Shown piece by piece: positions 39,319 to 52,985 of a stretch of 64,000 bases of DNA (the stretch's first letter is position 1; the number at the start of each line of letters is the position of its first letter). The notes under the pieces were generated by a model that had not been told where the DNA came from, did no database searches, and worked only from the letters and a program-made list of their open reading frames with translations. The stretch comes from Epiperipatus broadwayi (lineage: Eukaryota > Animalia > Onychophora), in assembly GCA_028023455.1 (NCBI GenBank), contig JAQFVV010000006.1, forward strand, positions 1,984,001 through 2,048,000, written 5' to 3'. The position numbers and the translations under genes were made by a program.

Positions 39319-41510
39319 TAACGAGCATAGACGTTCGTTACATTGTTTTTTTTTTTTAAATTTATTAAACATGAAAGTAAATTAAAAAGTTCGCATTTAA
39401 AAATTTTCTTTAAGAATTAAAAATTGAAATTAAATATCATCTTAAACTCTTATATATTAAATCGCACAGATAATGAAAAATTATTAAAATAAAACTTTAT
39501 TAAAGAAAAAGTATTTTAAAACTAAATTTTAAAAAGATTTGGAGATGAAATTATATCTTTAAATTTATCTTTAAATATATTTTTGATTTGGAAAACAGGT
39601 TAATTAATCAGAAATGGAAATGATTGTTAATTAGTTAAATGTAAACCAGCCTTCGGCATTTAAATGTAAAAACACCGGTCAGATAGGAAAACAATAGAAA
39701 CTGTTAGCAAATAAGAAGAAATCCCTATGGAATCGGACCTCAACGAAAAGGATCATCGCATCGATGACGTAATGTAAATGCAATCCTTCAAATGAATATA
39801 AAAGGACATGGTTGAAAATTATTAGTTATTATGATTATTACGATGTGACAGATAGATGTTAGTGCGGAGGTGCGGGAGAAGAGATTGAAGGACACACGTT
39901 CAATCCCTTCAGTTGTGATAAAATGGAAAAATGAAACATCGCTTTTCTTATATTCAGAGGACCACAGGATCATCGGGAAATTTAACACTGGATTTCAAAT
40001 GGCAAGCAACTGTAAAAGATGAACATTTCTAAAACCGTAAGAACTTTCTAAGATATATACGAACAATATTAATTTGAAAACACTAAGAACTTTAAATTTT
40101 AAACTTTCCTAGTATTTAATTGTTACAAATAGAATCCTATCTGACCAAACTAAATTCTTTATTAATAGTGTTATTTGATGTATTTTTTTTCTTATTTATG
40201 TAAAATCATTTCCATTTATTTATTTTTTATTCTTTAAGTTTTTATCATGATTTTTTTTGTTTTTCGTTAAATTAATTATATAAATGTTAAACTTAAGTCG
40301 GGCGTGAATGGCTGTATAGATTTGTAAAGTTATATTAGGGGAGGGTAATCTTAGGTTATTTGTGTCGTTGTTAGATTGGGTCAATGGATTGGATATATTG
40401 ATGTAGTTAGTAGATGTCGTCGGAGATTCGCTACTGGCAGAATCGCTTCATACGCCGCACTCTCCCGTTTTGCCTATGGAAGGAATTATAAGACGCAGAG
40501 CGCAGTTCCTTTCTATGGAGTTTTTTTTTTATTGTTCTTCTCGTTAGATAGAAGTAATATTCCTGTCTAATGAGAGTCAATATCTTCTCTTAATCTTTTT
40601 GGTGCTGCCGTATTCCGTATTACATTGAATACATCGATGTATCAGATGGATTGATGCCAGTTTGACTGCGAATTTTAGCCTAAGGTTAAATAGGGACAGA
40701 ATATTTTTATTTTCAAATGCAAATCTATGTGGTCTATTCATGCTTGACCCTAAATAAAAATGCATTAAATTTAAGTTGTTTATAGACGCTTGCATGGATT
40801 GGTTATCGGTTAAGTATGTTTTGGGTTTTCATATTTGATCAAAATATATAGACATTCGATAAATAATGATACCTTACGGTGAGTATCTAAAATGTATTTA
40901 TTCGGATGTCTTTTAAGTTATTGGTGACAATGCAAGTATCTTATGGTGAATACTATTGGGTTACGTATAAATTTCCCTCCGCAATTGTCAGTAATCAATA
41001 ATTTTGTATTTTGATCGTTTATGTTTACTTTGAAATGTTTTTGACCGTGAAATCTATGTAACCGATCTATATTCAACATTATAAACAAGCTTTCATAAAT
41101 TTATCTGTGCGAACTTAATTAAAATGTAAAATTAGAATATAATAGTAATTAAATGTAAATTAAAGTCAAAAATCAAAGTTAAAAATAATGTTAAATTTTG
41201 AAATGTAAAACGAATACTAAAATAATTTTAAATCTTATATATATGTGCATAAATAAATGTTTGTATGCTAATTACTGGCAGTGGCTTATTTTATTCTTTT
41301 TTTATATATACTCTTAGATTATCTTATTAAATCTCTGCTATTCCACTGAGCTAGTGACATGGGCTAACGACCGGAATCAAAATTTAAAAAAAAAAAATTT
41401 TTTTTTTGACTTACGTATCTGCCTACTCTATAAATTTTTCTAGGTTCAAATGCCTAGATGGCGCCCTGTAGTGCAGTTTACGTTAAGTCGCATTCTCTGT
41501 ATCGTTACAA
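39319..41510 (-). repeat. Second copy of 36893-38626 carrying numerous 1-3 nt insertions
   Basis: Nearly identical for the first ~270 bp; thereafter copy 1 is almost a subsequence of copy 2, which is about 450 nt longer. Confidence 0.9.
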
Positions 41511-43343
41511 TATATATATAATAATAATAATTGTGAGATACTTTTCTAAAAATATAAATCAATAAATTAAATAGACACATTTATATATATATGATATGAA
41601 CATCTTTCTTAATATAATAAAATGAATATAGAGTTTAGTTAACCTTTTAAATATATGTAAGATAAAATTAGTTAATATATTAACCAGAACAATAAAAAAA
41701 AAATGACAAAGATAAAAGTTATGGTAAACAAGATGCCTTTATAAGGGTGGCAAATTTAGAGTTCATTTTAAAGGCCTCATGATGCAGTCATTCTTTCTTG
41801 ATGGCTGTTACGGTCTATATCACGGATGTCTGTGTTCATGTTTCCATTTAGATAGGTCTTTCTTTCAGGCAGCAAAGATAGGCAGTTATCAGGCATGATT
41901 CTTCAGTCTTCTGCTGGAGTTCATCTCTAGGACATGATCCGAGGATGGGCATGAAAGCGTGGAAGTAAAACTTCTCTACTCAGGTATGACTTGTACAGAC
42001 GTTTACATATCAGTTGAGACTTTAGAACAATAAGATGATGAATGTTATACCTTTTAGCCCTTTTTTACATTAATTAATTGAAGTCTGCCAATGCTTCCAT
42101 TGTTTACAAGCACTTAAAAGCATCGTAGGATTTTACACTATTATTTAGATGATAACAAACTTTTATATTACCTCATTTTTCTTAATGGATCTTAAGTTAA
42201 ATTTTTTGTGCATCAGCTGATTTCTTTATTTGCTAATGCAATACTTTTTTATATTTGCTGATGAAATAATTTATTTTCCTCAAAGTTTTTCCTATTTCAT
42301 TATTTTAATATTGTATACTGACATATATAATTAATTATGTATTTTAATATCCATTCATTGTGGTTGGCTTTATGGTCTTTGGTTAAATAAACAGTGAATG
42401 GTGAAGCACACATGCATATGGCTATATATATGTGTGTACAGCTTCAATACAAACAATAATTTGGATGCACAAACTTTTAAGTACCAATCCATAAGAATAT
42501 AACAACAACAAAAATAATACTGGGATACTAAAACATGCTAATCATCATCAATTCTCTGGCCATTTAGTACCATTAATGTACTGACCAATTATTGACTTAA
42601 TTTCTAAATAAATAATTAAAATGAAATGTAGTGCATGGGCTTTAGAGGATGTCCCCTTTGTGCCAGCCAGGATCATCATCAACTGTAAACGCTAAATATA
42701 ATTCTCTTTTTATATAACAGACTGTTATGCATGAATCCAGCTCAGAGAGCAAAAGCTCTATTAATTTCTGTGAACAAGACATATAATACAAGCATATAAT
42801 ATTTTAAATCTATTCTATGAGTGAATAAATTCACTGGAATAACCTTAATAATGAAATATCAACTTATTAACAATAAAAATGAAATTAAGGTTTTCAGAAT
42901 ATGGCTATACATATATATTAAGCATTCTGATTTTGATTAATACAAAAAGAAATCCACTATTATCTTATAACTTACAAATATGTTTCAATAGGTTTACATA
43001 AAGCTATATTAGCACACATGTGCAATATAGTAATTTATGAACATATTTGAATTGTCATAAACCTATAAATGAAATTCATTTTTATAGTACATAATTAATG
43101 ACTGGCTTGACATACATATGTATGTGTATGTGTGTGCATGGAAAGATGTGCAAACACTGGCATTTATTAATCCTTTTATTTAATCTTTTAACATAAAGCA
43201 TTACTTTATACATATATCTTTCATTTTATTATTAGGATCCTACCTTTGTACTTAACCAAATAGGATAAAGGTGGGTAATACTATTAATTTGCATCATATT
43301 ACATCAATTAAATACTAATTTTTGAATTTCAATATTTCTTTAG

Positions 43344-43437
43344 AGATAAAGTGAGAGAAAAGCTACGTCAAGAGAAACTAAAAGTGTTTAAAGAGACAGG
43401 AAAATTTCCTGGAAAGAAGTTATACATGCCTGCTAAG
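43344..43437 (+). CDS. DDX55: Internal coding exon, C-terminal region of ATP-dependent RNA helicase DDX55 (Spb4 family)
   Basis: tttctttAG|A GAT AAA GTG...GCT AAG|GTAAGT. The peptide DKVREKLRQEKLKVFKETGKFPGKKLYMPAK resembles, from recall, human FKDKIREKQRQK and invertebrate ..RQ.KL..YKETG.WPG. Other exons not found. Confidence 0.75.
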
Positions 43438-46400
43438 GTAAGTACTTCATTTGGTATTATGTTATATTATGGCTTTTTATCCTTATGTATTATTAAAATT
43501 TATCTGGAAGTTTGCAACGATGGAATTTTGTGTGTATTCATACGCTGGACTGTCTGCATCAACTACTTTAATTGTCAAATGTTTTTTTTAAAAACCTCAC
43601 ACTTTGTTTATACTTTTTAAATACTTTCAACTGCCAGTAATAGCACACAGATTTAGCATAGATCTTAATATTTAAAGTAGTTTTATTTTCCTCTTTTCGT
43701 ACATTGCTCTCCTGACTAATGCCGATCCCAGCATTGGAAGCAAACGTATTCAAAGTGACACTCTAACCACTAAGCTATCTATCAAAGGCAGTAATCAGTA
43801 TAAATTTTGTATACTTATGTATGAGAGTCTTTCTCATTTCTCCGCTTTTTTTATAAGGGTGATATTAATGAATTGTTTTAAGAATTGCCAACTAGGTTGA
43901 TTTAACATTATTGATTACAAAAGAAAAAATAGATATATCTAGGAAGTTTGTGAGGATGGCATTTGATTTGTACTTATATATCAGCTAGTTTTGATCAGTT
44001 TAATTGTCAAATGTTTTTAGAAAAATTCAAACTTCATTTATGTTTCTCAAATACGTTCAAATGATAGCAGTGTTGCCCAGATTAGTACATATCACAACAT
44101 TTTAAGTGGCGTTAATCTCTTTTTTATACTACTTGCATGAACAATGGAAATATTAGCATAGGAATGAAAGTTGTAATTTAAATTTATGTATGTTAAAATG
44201 ACATCAACAAAGTAAGCTATTGTATCAATGGCAATAATCAGTAGCCATTTCATAAACTTCTCATGAGTATCCACCTGATTTCTCCACTTTTTTCTAAGGA
44301 CAAGGTTGAGGAGTGTTTCCCAAACATTTTGAATTATCACATTGAGTTGACTCATATTATTTGCTATTGAATTAGGAAATAATAAATAGATATTGAAACA
44401 GTCAGATTTGTACACCTGCCTGTTTCACGTATTTTACCCACACACATATCTCTATGCCAGGTTAAACTCTCTCAGAGTACCCATTTAAATATCATTAAAT
44501 TACTATATATGCAGAATCATATATATATATATATGCGAGTGGTATGTCTGTAGTTTAATAGCATAGGTATAGATTACAGATATGTATCCATTTTATAAAT
44601 ATTTCTAATTTAAGAAATATTTTAGTTTAAATTATTGTTATGTTATTGATATATATTACAGATTTATAGTTAATGTATAAATATTTTTAGTTTAAGAAAT
44701 TCATTTTATAAATATTTCTAGTTCAAGAAATATTTTAGTTAAATTATTTAGCAAGTTTTATTGATGTGTTATTGAAATTACTTCCTGTTATTCTGCACAT
44801 ATGGTTATAAAATTAGTCTTCTACTACTTACGACAGTAACTTTGTCAAAATAACATTTTGATTTTTGTAAACAATTTCCGAAGTAGGTCACGCATTGGTC
44901 CTAAATTAGCGTGGACTTGATTTGTAAATATAAAATGTTAATAGCTAAATTCGCAGAAAGCAAAATCTAAATTACTTGTTATAATTAAAAATGTGTTTCT
45001 AAAATAAATAAATGGGTTTTTCTACTGGTTGTGACTATTAAATATGTTTTACTAAAATAAATAAATGGATTTTTCAGCTACATACAAGCTCGTAAAAATT
45101 AACAGGTTTTAGAGTTTAAAAAGTATAAATACTAAAAGTTTTGTCACCAAGGAATCGATCATATATATAATAAGTGAATTGTTAACATAACCTACGCTTG
45201 TTTTATCTTCAAAATGGTGGGGTAGATGGCCATAATTCACTGCTTGCCCTCACAGAATGGAGAACTTTGGTCCAATAAAATCTAATGCTGTATACCAGCA
45301 AAGTATCCCATGGAAAATCTCTATTAACTTTAAATCATCGTCAAAAGTGTCAACCTAATATCCTCCCAAGTGCTCCAGAATTAACTGCAATGGAAACAAC
45401 TGAATGGTAAATTTTCTCTCAGAGCTCTGTTTATAAACTGTGACTTTTGATTCTTTCTTTTAAAAGCTAGCTATTTATTAAATCTGCCTTTCTCAAACAT
45501 CTTTACTAAAATCTATAAAGGAGGCTATTAAATGCTAAACCTTGCCTGATTGTAAAACTTGAATTCTTTTTTAAAATGTAAAACAAATTCTCTTTTAAAA
45601 TGTAAAACTTGAATTCTCTTTTAAAATGTATAATTTCCTGCGATATTTTATGCCTATTTCTAAAAATATTCAATATATTCTATGATTTTATCATTTTAAT
45701 ATTATATGTATTTAATATGCCAAATGACTCGAAACCGCAAGTATTTATAAATATAATTTTAGTTTATCGATCTACGAAGATAATTTCAAATCTTTGCTAT
45801 AATAAATATTAAATAATTGAATTATTATTTTTCTTTCTTACTCGCTGTTTCAAGATCATATTATTTTACTGATTAATTTTTGGGTATTAATATTCTAATA
45901 ATCAGTTATCTAGTTAAAATTGTAGTTTGCTTAATTCTAGTTATGAATGATAACTATTTCTATATGTAACTCATACATCATAGGAACTAGCCATAGAGAT
46001 ATTCTCAAGGCATATTTTAATGTTTTGTTCGTAATTACCCCGCAAATATGCTTTGTCCTCCTTAGATTTATATATGTTGAGACGCAGGTGATAATATTAA
46101 ACTAGGTTACTAATTAATTTAGTCCCTAAATAGTATATTTGAAATACTAAATTTGAGAACTGGATTGTATAGATATGCAAATAGACGCTATCTAATTTTA
46201 AGGCACTTATAATATAATTTTACGCATTTGTGTTATATGTGTATAAGTTGCAGATGTGTTCTTACAAAGTACGCAATGTACAATTATCTGGTTGCTGCAT
46301 GATTCTTGATGATGTGCTGGTGGAGGCAACACTCATCCACTTTAGTTCGGGTTAAAGCACACTTTTAGAACTAGGGCACAAGGACCTAGATGATTCATAA

Positions 46401-47859
46401 TGCTTATCCAACTACCTGAACTACTAATGTTCATATTCGTAGCAAGTTGAGCGGTCTTAGGGCAAACTGAGTCTTTGGAGACTGAAGCCCGTGAATAATG
46501 ACCCATTCGCACCTTTGAGCTTTATTAATATTTTAAGATGTGCCATAGAGTATATAGGTAAACCTATCATAAACCAGTTTTCTCTCCTTTTATATTAAAT
46601 GCTTATCTAGCATTAGCATATATCCTAATCTAGGTTAACATGCTAACCTGCGTATCTTTGAGCCTAATTATGTGCTCGATTTAACTTTGCATAGATAAAT
46701 GCCACAGGAGCGCTATCAATTTAGTTATATAACTTTGGCTATAAAGTTGCGTATGACTTGGAAGACTGACTACATAAGAGCTAGAAATTTGGCATATTAA
46801 TATAGGCATAAAGTCCAATACTGCACTACATTTATTAAACACTTATAATGAGATAGGTAACATTAATTTCATTAGTTTTTAATGCCTGCGAGCATAATAT
46901 CTCATGTTCACATAACATAATTTTGTATGTTTTGATTTATTATTTGTTATTGTTTTATTAAATTAATAATATTTAAAATTATAACTCTTTTTCGTATTTT
47001 ATTATCCGTGAGTTCATTTAATCCAACTCTATATTTAATTGCATATACACCATTTCGTGTATATGTAGATCAGTCTATTAAGTTCTATAATTAATTACTT
47101 AGCCATATGTGTGTATATCTGACCAAATCAGTATTAAATTAGTTAAATTTATGAGTCTCTTGTTCCACCTGGGGTGACTGCCGGACTGAGGTTAAATTGA
47201 ATGTCTGTGTAAGTTGAGAAGTGTCATCCATAGGGTATTAGATCATTGAACAGAGGTGAAAGGATTGAATGTTGGCCGGACTCTGGATCCCAGTATCACG
47301 GTCAGGTTTAGTGTATTTTGCCTGTGTTCTAGATTTTGTTACGTGGAGGGACAATTCTTACCATTACAATATATCTAAAGTAGCAAACTATATATACAAA
47401 CATACTTTCACCTAGAAAAATAGTACCAAATGCCAAGTTGAAAGAAGTGACTCATGTGATACTTGAGTTTTTGTTATAAGGTGTTGCAGCAACACCCCCC
47501 CATTAATTATTTCATTTTTCATATTAAGTAAGTCAATAATATATGACTTGAGGGCCATTTCAATAATACACACCTGTATTAGTATTTATGTTTATTTTAT
47601 GACCAGTTTGTATTTAGATCATAAGCTTGGATATAAATAATGAATAAGAAACTTCTAAGATTATTGGTTTTGGATCTGAAACCGAAATAAGGAAAAGCAA
47701 AAACAATCTAAGATTTTTAATTTAAAAGAATATTGTATAGTAAATTTCTTTTTTATGGTTTAGAAACTAGAACCTCCAAGATGCATTTTTGCTGTAGGTC
47801 ATCACTCAATGGGCAGTAATAAAACAACTGTTCAAAATTTAAAGTATTCTTTAAATATA

Positions 47860-48870
47860 AAATTAATAGTAAAGATACACACTATTCTGGAAAGATTATA
47901 AATTCATTAAAAAAAATTTACAGCTTAGCACTGCTTTCGAGCAGCTCGGTCATATTCGTAGAACTAATAATATAGGTTTATATAAACAGAAATGTAGTAG
48001 TTAATTAAATATACCATTTTTGCAGTAAACCACATCGCCTTATATTTTCTTTTTTGATTATTGCGCTCAGCACAAATGAGTTTAATATTAAGTAGATCGA
48101 AATTGTGACCAGACTCGATTTCATATTCTAAAAATATAGACTTAATATTGGGGCCTGTTTTAGTGTATTTGTATATATAATTATGCTGCGCTGATCTTTT
48201 AGTGCAGTTGGCATGAGATTCACTATCTAAATTGCATTGTGTGTTGATTCATTGTACTATTAATAATATTAATGCATGGATCAGCCTTCTTTTTGTACCA
48301 TGTATATCTAAAATGGTGAAAACATCTGCTCAAAGGAATTCAATATTAGTTGTAGAACTCCTGCTAATGTTAATTAAATGTTGAACAACATTAAAGATGA
48401 ATTATCTCCAGACCAAGCTCTCCAAATAGTTTATAAAATTAAATGCAACGAACCACCATGTAATGCAATTTATTATGGTAAATCTTGTCCCAACGGTACT
48501 GCAAGATTAGGGCAGCACAAATATATATACAAACATGCTAAAACAGACCCAATATTATCTAATCTGGCCACAATTTCGACCCACTTAATATTAAAGTCAT
48601 TTGCACTGAGCACAATGATCGAAAAAGAAAATATAAGGAGGCATGGTTTATTGCAAATAACATCAACCCAGTAAACAAGAAAAATCCGTGCATTGCATTA
48701 TTACATAAATTATATATTTAACTTATGAATTCTATTTATACAAACCTGTATTAGTTCTATGAATATGTCCAACCTGGTCGAAAGCTGTGCTAAGCTGTAA
48801 AATTTTTTCTAATAAATTTTATAATCTTTCCAGAATACTGTATCTTCACTGTTAATTTTGTATTCAATTC
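47860..48870. mobile_element. Penelope-like element with inverted partner
   Basis: ORF 48378-48674 has IVYKIKCNEPPCNAIYYGKS...RLGQHK...SNLA (GIY-YIG). About 47860-48260 is a diverged reverse complement of about 48460-48870; decayed GACC...GGTCGAAAGC hammerhead ends on both arms. Confidence 0.8.
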
Positions 48871-50919
48871 AAGGAAATAAGTAATTTAATTGAGTTAAAG
48901 CATTCTTTGTTTTTATTGTGAAAGAAATCGTTAAGATATGTTAGGGGTAAATGAAGGTAACAAAAAATCAACTTTATTAAATGCCTGTATTTTTCTTTTA
49001 ATAAACTGCCAATCTTTTTTTAAATATGTAGTTCTTCTATATACATGGTGTTGAAAACTTATAGTTTGAAAAAAACATTGAATACATTTTATAAATTTGA
49101 ATTCATACACATAATGCTTGTGCCACTTGTATGGGCGGCATCATGAAATTATTTCTTAATCGGCCTTATACAGTTGGTTTTACAGTATTTCTTTTTTTTT
49201 TTCTTAATCTTTTTGTTGCTGTTTTCTTGTGTTCATTTTAAAATTCAGTTGTATTATAAGTATGAATATATATATTAAATGTTTGTAATGTAGAGTTTAC
49301 TATTAGTATCTACATGAAAGTTTGGAATCAAACTCTGTAGATGTAGGAAGATTTCTAAATTATTTATGTTTTGGCTTTTTTTATATGCAGTCTCAGATCT
49401 ATATGTGTTGCTTTTAGTTGATATTTATAGTCACGTGACATGAGTTGTAAATGTGTTACATTTGCCCCCCCCCAATTAATCACGTGACCCAAATTCTAAA
49501 TGTTTTGCGTTTTTGCGTACTTTTTTTTATCGCTTAGGTGTGTCAGATGACATTTTTGGTAATTTTTGAAATTCAAAATGGTGGAGATCATTTACTAAAA
49601 TATCACCGACTATTATATATGCAATTTTCTAGAAATGGTTAGTTTAGTTTACAGCAATGGGACACACATCTCACATTGGGGACCTCTGAGAATGAGTTAT
49701 TAGCAGCAGATTAGAAAGCCTGCTCATTTTTATTATCTTATTATTCATAAATTAAGCTAAGAATGTTTTTTAATTTCTTTTTTTTTATACCATCATTTTC
49801 TCAGTGTCTTTTCTGTGTAGATAAACTTTACTTTTTACCTCTCCATTGTTATTGGAGCAAGTTAATTGGCTTGAAATTTCATTGTACTTCAAATGTCCTT
49901 TCATTAATGGCCTTTTAGGTTTCCTCCACGTAAATAGGAGTTCACTTTTTGAATAATAATTATATGTCACAGGGTTAGAGCATCAGAATTTTAGAAATGC
50001 TTACATGAAGCATGGCCAAAAAAGGGTTGGACGTTACTGATTTAGAGATAATAGTGTTTGTGTATGTACTTGTTAGGATTTAGAGTTTATTTAATCTGTG
50101 ATTGCCTTTTGCATAAAATGATTCTCTCTCTCTATATATATATATATGAATTTGGGCATTATTAAATTTGAACTTGTGTCCTTTAGGCATCATTGATTCC
50201 TATTTAATATAACAACACATAGGTTTATTATCTCATCTTCATTTCACACACATTTTTCACAGTGTTTTTTTTTTTTTTTTACTGAAGATTCATAGAATTT
50301 TCTGGTCACAAGTACTTACTAAAAATTGACTTAAAACATTTTAGAATCAATAAATCTGCTTTCTATTAGACCACATACATGGTCTGTAAATAGTCCATAC
50401 AGAGCAAATGCCAATGGCACCTTTTCTAGAGGAACAGTGATGAAGATGTATTACCAGGCTTTCCGTTGTCAACAATGAGGATAAAAGGAATCTATTTTCT
50501 ATTCTTAACTTTGGCTTTCGCTATAAATATAACTAAACAACATTTGGATGACCGTCTAATTTTGGCTACCTAAAATAAAATTCATTAATCTGAAAAAAAA
50601 ATTGCTAAGTTACTTGGTCCTTATTTATATCTCATATATGCACCATTATTCCCTTGATGTCATTTAGTAATTTTATATTTATGTGTATTCAATTGAATAA
50701 TGTTTTTGGTAGATAGCCAATCAACTCTTTCAGATTTGCCACACCCTCCTTTGAAAATTTTTATAAATCCTGAGCTGCTAGTTTATGAAAAATATCTCAA
50801 AAAGCAATTTTTAAATCATGTTACATGTATTTCTTGTTATAAATCTATGCTTATTATGAGCCACGGAGTTTAACTATCTCTACATCTACACTAAAGCACC
50901 AATAAGAATGGTTTATTCT

Positions 50920-51029
50920 TTTTATTTTTTTAAGTGTCATAGCATCGGCCGGGATGCGAACCCGCAACCCGGGCAACTGCCTGCAAGTGCAAGGCAGTCG
51001 CACTGACCTCTCGACCACCAATGCAAGAC
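50920..51029 (-). mobile_element. tRNA-Gly-derived SINE with 15-bp target-site duplication
   Basis: TSD agaatg(g/t)tttattct at 50905-50919 and 51030-51044; full head and poly(A). Confidence 0.9.
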
Positions 51030-51639
51030 AGAATGTTTTATTCTTCTGTCTTAAATTTTACTTTTTGGCCAAGAATCGCAAGGGAATTGTTTATCCGTTA
51101 ATTGGATGATTAGTTAGTTTTGACCGTGAAACTGTCTACATAAAAGAAAATCCTAAGTCTTGTAATCTAAAAACATTAGAATGTTTACTTGGTCATGGTT
51201 TAAACCCCATACATGGACCATAAACGCCATTATACCGTATCGTAATCAGGTGTACATTGTTAATTGAATATTAGTGATCAATCAACCTTATAGAACAGTT
51301 AATTGAATAGGGTATTTGATAAATATTGGTGACCAATCAATCTTATAGGCATTATTAATTGAGTAAAGTGATTGGTAAATATCAGTGATCAATTAATTGA
51401 GTAGGATACTTAATAAATGTTATGTTTACTACGTTTTCTACTAAACTGCCACCTTGTGGAAAAATCTTCCAGGGCAATACTTTTCACTGAACATTCATTT
51501 CACTTTACAGATCTGAGCTGTCAACTGTAAATTTGAAGCATTTAAACATCCACTCAGAAATAGTTGTCAAAATGTTTTAAAACATTTTTGTGTTTTATGT
51601 GCAACCGATTAGATATATTGTTTAATTTTTCACAAATTC

Positions 51640-51790
51640 ATCATTTTCAATCATTAACGATCCACTGCAGGATGAAGGCTTCTCCACGTTTAATCCATTT
51701 TTTGCGTTGTCTAACTTCTCCACATCACACCAGTAAACTTTCTTATTCATCCATCCATCTCATACGTGGTCTCTTTCTGGGTCTTTTACA
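51640..51790 (-). mobile_element. RTE 3' end fragment
   Basis: Homologous to 52815-52985 and 58595-58760. Confidence 0.75.
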
Positions 51791-52814
51791 ATAGACAAAT
51801 TATTGGAAAATAAATAAATTTATTAAGTACTTTTGAAATAAATTACATTCATGTTGTTCCAAAATCAATTTCTATTCATCTCAAATTGCTTATTTCGTAA
51901 TATGTATTTTATGCAAAGGTTTAATTAGAAGCAATAAATAAATAGCGAACAATTCTTTCAAAACGTATTGCGTTAATATTATTTTTATCTGAAAATGTTT
52001 ATTATAAAATCAGTTTGTTGAAATTTAATAAATTATTTTAAATCCTCTTGTTCAAAATAATAATAATATATTAATAAAAAAAGTCTCAAGTTTTACCCCC
52101 ACCCCCACTCTGTCATTCAGATGAATGTCGGCAGTGCTTATGCAAATCTAGAGATAGTATTTGCAAATATCTAGTTGGCATATAAATGAGGAATTAAACC
52201 CATTTGCATCCGCATAAATTGAAACTGAAGATAAAGTTTGAGATAAATTAAATGTGATGCTGCATTTCAATGATCATCTTAAGCATGCAGATAGAAAGAA
52301 GATTTATAAAATGATTGCGAAGTTAGGGGTTCTGCTTTGAAATACAAGCTTGGAAAAATCAAATTAAACGACAACAAGCGTTTACGGTTTTTTTTTTTTT
52401 CAATCGGTGCATCTTTCCTATCAATTTCACCATACCACTACCATCTTTCAGTACGGAAGCCCTGCATCTTTTTTCACTTTAGGTTTTGTAAACAACCTTC
52501 ACTAGACACGTGAGGATAGGTATCACATACCTGGATTTCCATTTGCGTATTGATAGGTTTCCATTAATTCGCACAAGGTGGTAAGAGAATATTTTAGAAA
52601 GAAATAATTAAATAATTTATATCATTAGATGGCGCGGTACACATAAACAAATTGGCGAATATATATATATATATTATTATTATTATTAAAACGTGATAGC
52701 AGTTTGTGGAAGTTTCACCTAGTGTTTCTTTATGTAATACTCGTTTGAAATTTAGCATTATTTATTATATACACATAATTATAAGTGTGTGTGTGTATAT
52801 ATATTCTCATTATT

Positions 52815-52985
52815 TTCAGTCATCAATCCATTGCAGTTATGAAGGTCTCTCCCAGTTTAATCCAGTTTCAGTGATCTCTAGCCTCTCTACTTCACACAAC
52901 CCCAGTGCACTTCTTTATTTCATCCATCCACCTCATATTTGGTCTTTGTCTAGGTCTTTTATAATCTCTTGGAATCCAGTTTAAG
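52815..52985 (-). mobile_element. RTE 3' end fragment
   Basis: Reverse complement of the 58595-58760 family. Confidence 0.75.

Noticed and set aside
43125-43170. CVHGKM resembling DDX55 CIHGKMK
   Set aside because: Arises from a TG-rich microsatellite; flanking residues and splice sites do not fit.
44092-44415. 107-aa minus-strand ORF or possible exon
   Set aside because: No recognisable homology, weak donor, and antisense to the DDX55-like exon.
49430-49488. Two TCACGTGAC (E-box/CLEAR-like) sites
   Set aside because: No promoter or exon context; the neighbouring caaaatggtgg suggests a transposon subterminal region.
51255-51420. Short tandem repeat of about 58 bp (also the ~72-bp duplication at about 18720-18860)
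   Set aside because: Ordinary degenerate local duplications with no further structure.
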